Shown here in pieces: positions 42,198-46,884 of a stretch of 46,884 nucleotides of DNA. Origin of the DNA: an uncultured Mogibacterium sp. GTDB lineage: Bacteria > Bacillota > Clostridia > Peptostreptococcales > Anaerovoracaceae. The stretch is taken from positions 1-46,884 of the forward strand of contig CAYLSR010000001.1 in the NCBI GenBank assembly GCA_964385855.1, given 5' to 3'. Below the pieces are notes generated by a model. The model did no database searches. It was not told where the DNA came from and worked only from the letters and a program-made list of their open reading frames with translations. A program made the translations under genes and the position numbers. Positions within the stretch are counted from its first letter, which is position 1; every line of letters starts with the position of its first letter.

Positions 42198-43226
42198 ATG
42201 AAACGCAGTAAAATCTTGGCACTCATCATCACCGTGCTCATGGTTCTGAGCCTTGCAGCATGCTCCGGCGGCGGCAGCAATGAAGGCTCAGACGAAGGTT
42301 CAGCAGCAGAATTTGAAGCGAGAACCATTCGTGTGAGCACATCAACCGCTGAAACGCATCCGACCTATAAGGCACTGGAGACGTTCAAATCCATCGTTGA
42401 AGAGAAAACAGGCGGCGCTGTTACGGTAGAGATTTATGCAAACAGCGTACTGGGCAGCGAAGACAGTGTCATCACCCAGATTCAGAGTGGTGCGCTGGAC
42501 GCGGCTGTCATGGGCGGCATCAGTTACTTCTCCGAGCAGGCGCCAATCGTCGCAGTCGAAGAGGTTCCGTTCCTCTTTAATGACTATGAGCAGGCTGTTG
42601 CAGCTTACAACGGAGAGTTCGGATCCTATCTGGCGGAAGTCGCGCTGGAGCCGTATGATGTTCACCTTGTCAATTATTGGATCAATGGATTCCGGCACTT
42701 CACAAACAATGTTCGTCCGATCAAGGAGCCGGCTGACATGCAGGGAATCAAATTCCGCAGCGCGCCGGTTGACATGAGACTGCTGACCTTTGACACACTT
42801 GGCGCTTCTGCGGTATCGATTAACTTTAACGAGCTCTTTACCGCACTGCAGCAGGGAACCGTCGATGGTCAGGAGAATCCGCTGAACGTTATCTACAGCC
42901 AGCAGTTCTATGAAGTTCAGAAGTATCTGAGCCTTTCCGGCCACATCTATAACCCGTCTCCGTTCATCTTCAGCACAAAATGCTGGAATGATTATCCGGA
43001 TGAACTGAAGGCTATTCTCGAAGAAGCAGCGGCTGCCGCGCAGGAACAGCAGGTTAACGCAATCATCTCCGATGAAAATACGCTTGTTGAGCAACTTCAG
43101 TCCGAGGGCATGGAAGTCAATGAGATTGATCACGAGGCATTCCGTGCTGCAGTTGAACCTGTATGGAACAATTTCAAGGAGACTTACGGAGAAGAAGGAG
43201 CCAAGCTGCTTGATCTCGCTTCCTGA
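42198..43226 (+). CDS. dctP: TRAP transporter substrate-binding lipoprotein (DctP family)
   Basis: Lipobox LSLAAC after a signal peptide. Family pattern (..YANS.LG.E......Q.G.LD......, KFR, GTVDGQENP). GGAGAAGG RBS upstream. Confidence 0.86.
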   Translation: MKRSKILALIITVLMVLSLAACSGGGSNEGSDEGSAAEFEARTIRVSTSTAETHPTYKALETFKSIVEEKTGGAVTVEIYANSVLGSEDSVITQIQSGALDAAVMGGISYFSEQAPIVAVEEVPFLFNDYEQAVAAYNGEFGSYLAEVALEPYDVHLVNYWINGFRHFTNNVRPIKEPADMQGIKFRSAPVDMRLLTFDTLGASAVSINFNELFTALQQGTVDGQENPLNVIYSQQFYEVQKYLSLSGHIYNPSPFIFSTKCWNDYPDELKAILEEAAAAAQEQQVNAIISDENTLVEQLQSEGMEVNEIDHEAFRAAVEPVWNNFKETYGEEGAKLLDLAS

Positions 43227-43262
43227 TGAGAAGCGGCGGTTTGCCTGAGAAGGAGGAAATCG

Positions 43263-43781
43263 ATGGGTCATTTTTTCGAAAAATCCAGGAAAGCCTTCAA
43301 CACCATCGTCGATATTCTCGGTTTTGCAGCTATGGCAGTGATTGTTGTATCTTGCTTTGCACAGGTTATCTATCGGTATTTCTTCGGGAAATCCATCTTC
43401 TGGGCAGAAGAAACATCCATTTACCTTATGATATGGATTGCGTTCCTCGGCGCTGCGAAAGCCACCGCCAATCAGGAAAACACCAGATTGGGATTTGTTG
43501 TCAAAGCGCTTCCGAAGAAGCTGGGAATCACAGTTGAAGTTCTGGCGCATCTGTGTATGATCGGATTTTCTACCATCATAACTATATATGGATTCGCGCT
43601 TGCATCAACGCAGTGGGTGCGCACCAGTGTTTCAACCGTCCTGCCGATGGCCCTCGTATATGGGGCACTGCCAGTCTGTTCCATTTTCATGGTTCTGTTC
43701 ACTGTATTCGCCCTGATTGAATGCATATATAAGGGCAGCAACAAAGGAAAGGGAGCGGATGGAAAGGAGGTCACACCATGA
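43263..43781 (+). CDS. dctQ: TRAP transporter small permease (DctQ family)
   Basis: 172-aa protein with four predicted TM helices, located between dctP and dctM. The 3' end overlaps dctM. Confidence 0.8.
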   Translation: MGHFFEKSRKAFNTIVDILGFAAMAVIVVSCFAQVIYRYFFGKSIFWAEETSIYLMIWIAFLGAAKATANQENTRLGFVVKALPKKLGITVEVLAHLCMIGFSTIITIYGFALASTQWVRTSVSTVLPMALVYGALPVCSIFMVLFTVFALIECIYKGSNKGKGADGKEVTP

Positions 43782-45040
43782 CGTTGTTCATCGCATTGCT
43801 TGTCCTTCTTGCTGCCGGCGTTCCGATTGCCGCATGCATCAGCGGAAGCGCAATCATCGTCGCAATGATGGATGGTTTTCCTCCGCTTACGGTTATTGCA
43901 CAGCGGATTACGGAAGGAATCCAGTCATTCCCGCTGCTAGCACTGCCTCTGTTTATTCTGGCGGGAGACATCATGTCATATGGCTGTACCCCGAGAATAC
44001 TTCGGTTCGCCAATATGTTCCTGGGCCGACGCAACGGAGGGATCGGTTCTGTGGCTGTTGCAACCAGCGCGTTCTTCGGCGCGGTTTGCGGGTCTGCGGC
44101 AGCAACAACAGCGGCCGTAGGAGGGCTGATTGCCCCGGAGATGGAGAAACAGGGCTATACAAAGGGCTACATTGCTTCGCTTATCGCCAGCAGCGGTGGT
44201 ATCGGGATCCTGATACCGCCAAGCGTTCCTATGGTTGTCTACTGCATCGTTGCGGGGGCCTCGATCGGCAAGATGTTCGTCGCGGGAATTCTGCCGGGTC
44301 TGCTTCTAGCCACCATTTATATATTGTTTAACAGAATGGTCGCAAAGAAGCATGGCTGGCGCACGGAAGAGTCTCAGGACTATACCGGCAAAGAGAAGGT
44401 CAAAATCGCACTTGCGGCGATTCCGCCTCTGTTGATGCCGATCTTCGTTCTGGGAGGCGTCTTCTCAGGTATCGTAACAGCGACAGAAGCAGCGGTTGTT
44501 GCGGTTGTGTACTCTGCAGTTCTGGCAATGCTGATCTACCGGGAAATGTCTCCGAAAGAACTGTTCAAATCGGTCAGCAGATGTACTACAACTTCAGGCA
44601 TCCTGTTGTTTATCATTGCGTGTGCCGCGCCGTTCAGTTGGATCGTATCGACCAAAGGCCTGCCGGGGAAAGTAGCGGCATGGATGCTTTCATTAACTGA
44701 CAGCAAGGCGATTATCGTATTCCTGGTATTGCTTCTGCTGGTATTCCTCGGGACATTCATGGATACCGGTGTCATTACGCTTCTGACGACGCCGATCCTG
44801 CTGCCGATTATGGTGCAGCTCGGTTACGACCCGATTCATTACGGAGTACTCCTCGTCATGACGATTATTATCGGAGGTACTACACCGCCTTTGGCTGTTG
44901 GACTATATACCGGATGCAGGATTCTGGGAATCGATATTGAAGAGGCAATACCGGATGTATTCTACTTCATCGGGATGCAAATCGTATGCCTGATCCTTCT
45001 GACGATCTTTCCGCAGATCAGCTTATGTCTGGTGTATTAG
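43778..45040 (+). CDS. dctM: TRAP transporter large permease (DctM family)
   Basis: 420-aa polytopic membrane protein. The motif FPLLALPLFILAGDIM is typical of DctM. Confidence 0.9.
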   Translation: MTLFIALLVLLAAGVPIAACISGSAIIVAMMDGFPPLTVIAQRITEGIQSFPLLALPLFILAGDIMSYGCTPRILRFANMFLGRRNGGIGSVAVATSAFFGAVCGSAAATTAAVGGLIAPEMEKQGYTKGYIASLIASSGGIGILIPPSVPMVVYCIVAGASIGKMFVAGILPGLLLATIYILFNRMVAKKHGWRTEESQDYTGKEKVKIALAAIPPLLMPIFVLGGVFSGIVTATEAAVVAVVYSAVLAMLIYREMSPKELFKSVSRCTTTSGILLFIIACAAPFSWIVSTKGLPGKVAAWMLSLTDSKAIIVFLVLLLLVFLGTFMDTGVITLLTTPILLPIMVQLGYDPIHYGVLLVMTIIIGGTTPPLAVGLYTGCRILGIDIEEAIPDVFYFIGMQIVCLILLTIFPQISLCLVY

Positions 45041-45069
45041 CGAACTGAGAAAGTGGGGGAAATTGGAAC

Positions 45070-45849
45070 ATGAAAAAAACAATGAGATCCTTGATCGAAA
45101 GCGGTCAGCCGTTTATCGGCACATTTATGCAGCTTCCGTCTGTAGAACTTACGGAAATGTTCGCATATTCGGGATTTGACTTTCTGATCATTGACATGGA
45201 ACATGGTCTGATCGATTATCAGCAGGCAGTTGCAATGACAAGGGCCTGCGAGAATTTTGGAGCAGCCGCCATGGTTCGCGTACCGGAGGTTGATGAGGAT
45301 AAGATCAAACATGCATTGGATATGGGAGCCAGCGCAATATTGGTTGCGGGTGTGCATTCCTATCAGGATGCGTTGGATGCTGTCCGATTTGCAAAGTATG
45401 CACCGCTCGGAAGCCGCGGCGCCTGCCCGGCTGTCAGAGCGAATCATTATGGATTGGATGACCATTTCACATGTTATGAGCGCATGAACAAGGAGACGGT
45501 TGTCTTTGTGGGACTGGAAGGGCCGGAAGTTATTGCGGATATCGAGCGGATTGCGAAAATTGAAGGAATTGATATCCTCGGCGGCGGTCCTGTTGATTTA
45601 TCTGTGGCACTTGGCTATCCGAACCAATTGGAGCATCCGGCTGTGCTGGAAGCCATCCGCAATGTCAAAAGGATTGCTAATGAAAATGGTAAGCTGTATG
45701 CGGCATTCTCTGAGAGCATCGACGCTTTCGTTGAAAGTGATGAGAAAGAAGATTTCTATATGCTGGCAGGGGACAATTGGTTGATCGGGGATGTGCTGAA
45801 ACGCTTATCAGAAGAAATGAATCTCCTCCGTGAGAAGAAAAAAAGATAG
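45070..45849 (+). CDS. HpcH/HpaI-family aldolase (2-keto-3-deoxy acid aldolase type)
   Basis: Pattern (G.F......P...E....SGFDF..IDMEHG........A.....RVP......I...LD.GA..I..P...S...A...V...KY.P.G.RG). Confidence 0.84.
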   Translation: MKKTMRSLIESGQPFIGTFMQLPSVELTEMFAYSGFDFLIIDMEHGLIDYQQAVAMTRACENFGAAAMVRVPEVDEDKIKHALDMGASAILVAGVHSYQDALDAVRFAKYAPLGSRGACPAVRANHYGLDDHFTCYERMNKETVVFVGLEGPEVIADIERIAKIEGIDILGGGPVDLSVALGYPNQLEHPAVLEAIRNVKRIANENGKLYAAFSESIDAFVESDEKEDFYMLAGDNWLIGDVLKRLSEEMNLLREKKKR

Positions 45850-45878
45850 CTTCTTCATGAATATCTTTCCTTGGGAGA

Positions 45879-45925
45879 GCAAGACGGACTTATTCACAAT
45901 ATGTGACAGTCCGTCTTGTTTTGTT
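45879..45925 (+). terminator. Terminator after the aldolase gene, at the right edge of the cargo block
   Basis: Stem AAGACGGACT / AGTCCGTCTT (10 bp) with a 17-nt loop, followed by GTTTTGTT. Confidence 0.6.
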
Positions 45926-46009
45926 GCGAAAGGAAACAATTTTTACATCCGGCCGCCGGCCTCGCCCGGCGACCTTTTCTATGTTCAGAACCCAGAAAGG
46001 AGGAACCAC

Positions 46010-46045
46010 ATGCACCACCTGAACACGAAAGGAGCCCCACCATGA
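46010..46045 (+). CDS. 11-codon upstream ORF (MHHLNTKGAPP) translationally coupled to the VirB6-like gene
   Basis: Strong RBS (GAAAGGAGG) 7 nt upstream. Its TGA overlaps ATG 46042 (ATGA). Confidence 0.3.
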   Translation: MHHLNTKGAPP

Positions 46046-46881
46046 CCGATTCCAACTGGGTCATCCAGAACCTCGAAAACGCCCTGAACACCTGGAACAA
46101 CAAGATGGCGGAAGTTTGGCAGATTCTCACCATGTCCCCGCAGGCGTTCAAGGGCGGCGGCATCTGGAACGTCATTCTCAGGATCAACGGAGCAGTACAG
46201 GCGATCGGGCTTGCGCTGCTCGTTTTGTTTTTCCTGATGGGTGTCGTCAGGACGTGCGCCAGCCTGTCGGATGTCAAGCGTCCGGAGCACGCGCTGAAGC
46301 TGTTCATCCGGTTTGCCATCGCCAAAGGAGTCGTGACGCATGGCCTTGAGCTCATGTTGGCACTTTTCACCATCGGGCAGGGCGTCGTCAGCACGATCCT
46401 GCGGTCGTCTGGGATCTCCGAAGCGAACAAGGCGACGCTTCCGGGGTCCATGGCTGCAGCGATCGAAAACTGCGGCTTCTTTGAGAGCGTCCCACTGTGG
46501 GCGGTGACGCTGATCGGGAGCCTGTTTATCACGGCGCTTTCGTTTATCATCATCCTGACCGTGTATGGCCGGTTTTTCAAACTGTATATGTACACCGCGC
46601 TGGCGCCGATCCCGCTCGCGGCCTTCGCTGGTCAGCCGACGCAGAGCATCGGGATCAGTTTCCTGAAAGGCTACGCAGCGGTGTGCCTCGAAGGCGCGAT
46701 CATCGTGATCGCCTGTGTGATCTTCACCGGGTTCGCGTCGAGCCCGCCGGTTGTGGACGCGGACGCGGCACCGGTCGTGATGGTCTGGAAGTACGTCGGG
46801 GAGCTTGTCTTCAACATGCTCGTACTGGTTGGCGCGGTCAAGATGAGCGATCACATCGTGAAGGAGATGTTTGGCCTATGA
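46042..46881 (+). CDS. VirB6/TrbL-like polytopic T4SS membrane protein (CD0415/CD1112-type)
   Basis: 279-aa protein with multiple TM helices. The N-terminus (W....L..AL..WN.K..E.W.....SP..F.GG.IW......N) is as recalled for this ICE family. The next gene's ATG at 46878 overlaps the stop. Confidence 0.72.
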   Translation: MTDSNWVIQNLENALNTWNNKMAEVWQILTMSPQAFKGGGIWNVILRINGAVQAIGLALLVLFFLMGVVRTCASLSDVKRPEHALKLFIRFAIAKGVVTHGLELMLALFTIGQGVVSTILRSSGISEANKATLPGSMAAAIENCGFFESVPLWAVTLIGSLFITALSFIIILTVYGRFFKLYMYTALAPIPLAAFAGQPTQSIGISFLKGYAAVCLEGAIIVIACVIFTGFASSPPVVDADAAPVVMVWKYVGELVFNMLVLVGAVKMSDHIVKEMFGL

Positions 46882-46884
46882 GAA

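Larger units (their letters stand above)
39672..45940. other. AT-richer metabolic cargo block inserted between maff2 and the VirB6-like gene
   Basis: The composition visibly changes, one gene is on the opposite strand, and terminator hairpins sit at both edges. No recombinase gene or flanking repeats were seen. Confidence 0.6.
15077..46884 (+). mobile_element. Segment of a Firmicutes-type integrative conjugative element; neither end is defined in the window
   Basis: Contains ParA/ParB, a sortase-type adhesin, SSB, ArdC-like genes, MobC, relaxase, PcfB, a VirD4-like coupling protein, Maff2 and a VirB6-like gene, all co-oriented. Confidence 0.82.

Noticed and set aside
42342-43550. 402-aa ORF on the minus strand
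   Set aside because: It is antisense to dctP/dctQ, which have a lipobox, an RBS and family motifs.
45985-46854. 289-aa ORF on the minus strand
   Set aside because: It is antisense to the VirB6-like membrane protein gene. The product is an Arg/Asp-rich artefact.
46878-46884. Start of the next T4SS gene (ATGAGAA) at the window edge
   Set aside because: Only 7 nt are available, which is too little to call a feature.

Overview
The window holds two adjacent mobile elements from a Gram-positive, Clostridia-like genome with moderately high GC. This taxonomic guess is inferred from gene families and Shine-Dalgarno usage only.

(1) Positions 1-14774 are the late half of a siphovirus-type prophage, entirely on the + strand. 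In order it carries a portal C-terminus, a MuF/SPP1-gp7-like minor head protein with an extra C-terminal domain, and the large terminase. Next come the scaffold, major capsid, connector and adaptor proteins, and the major tail protein. These are followed by tail chaperones with a textbook -1 frameshift site, the tape measure, Dit/Tal-like and fibre-like proteins, a holin, and two endolysins.

(2) Positions ~15077-46884 are part of a Firmicutes-type integrative conjugative element (ICE).
- Maintenance and surface genes: ParA/ParB and a 1393-aa sortase-anchored adhesin.
- An accessory block that looks like a leading region: RadC-JAB, an AbiEi/AbiEii pair, an ArdC-like protein, a DUF3991-Toprim primase-like gene and a metallophosphoesterase. 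The same block also holds SSB, a PARG-macrodomain::NADAR fusion, Phd-Doc and DUF3846.
- A transfer core: MobC, relaxase, PcfB, a second ArdC-like protein, a VirD4-type coupling protein, Maff2 and a VirB6-like CD1112-type protein.

Observations most worth following up:
- The PARG-NADAR ADP-ribose-removal fusion next to the other candidate anti-defence genes.
- Two conserved genes (AbiEii and DUF3991-Toprim), each interrupted by a single in-frame TAG about 1.9 kb apart.
- A ~6.2 kb AT-richer metabolic cargo (AraC-type sensor regulator, TRAP transporter, HpcH aldolase) between Maff2 and the VirB6-like gene of the transfer operon.
- A MuF C-terminal toxin-like extension with a translationally coupled small ORF.
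- A promoter bracketed by two palindromic repeats upstream of abiE.
- A repeat-rich candidate oriT upstream of mobC.

No rRNA, tRNA, CRISPR array, transposase or integrase is visible in the window. All family assignments come from motif recognition by eye, not from searches.
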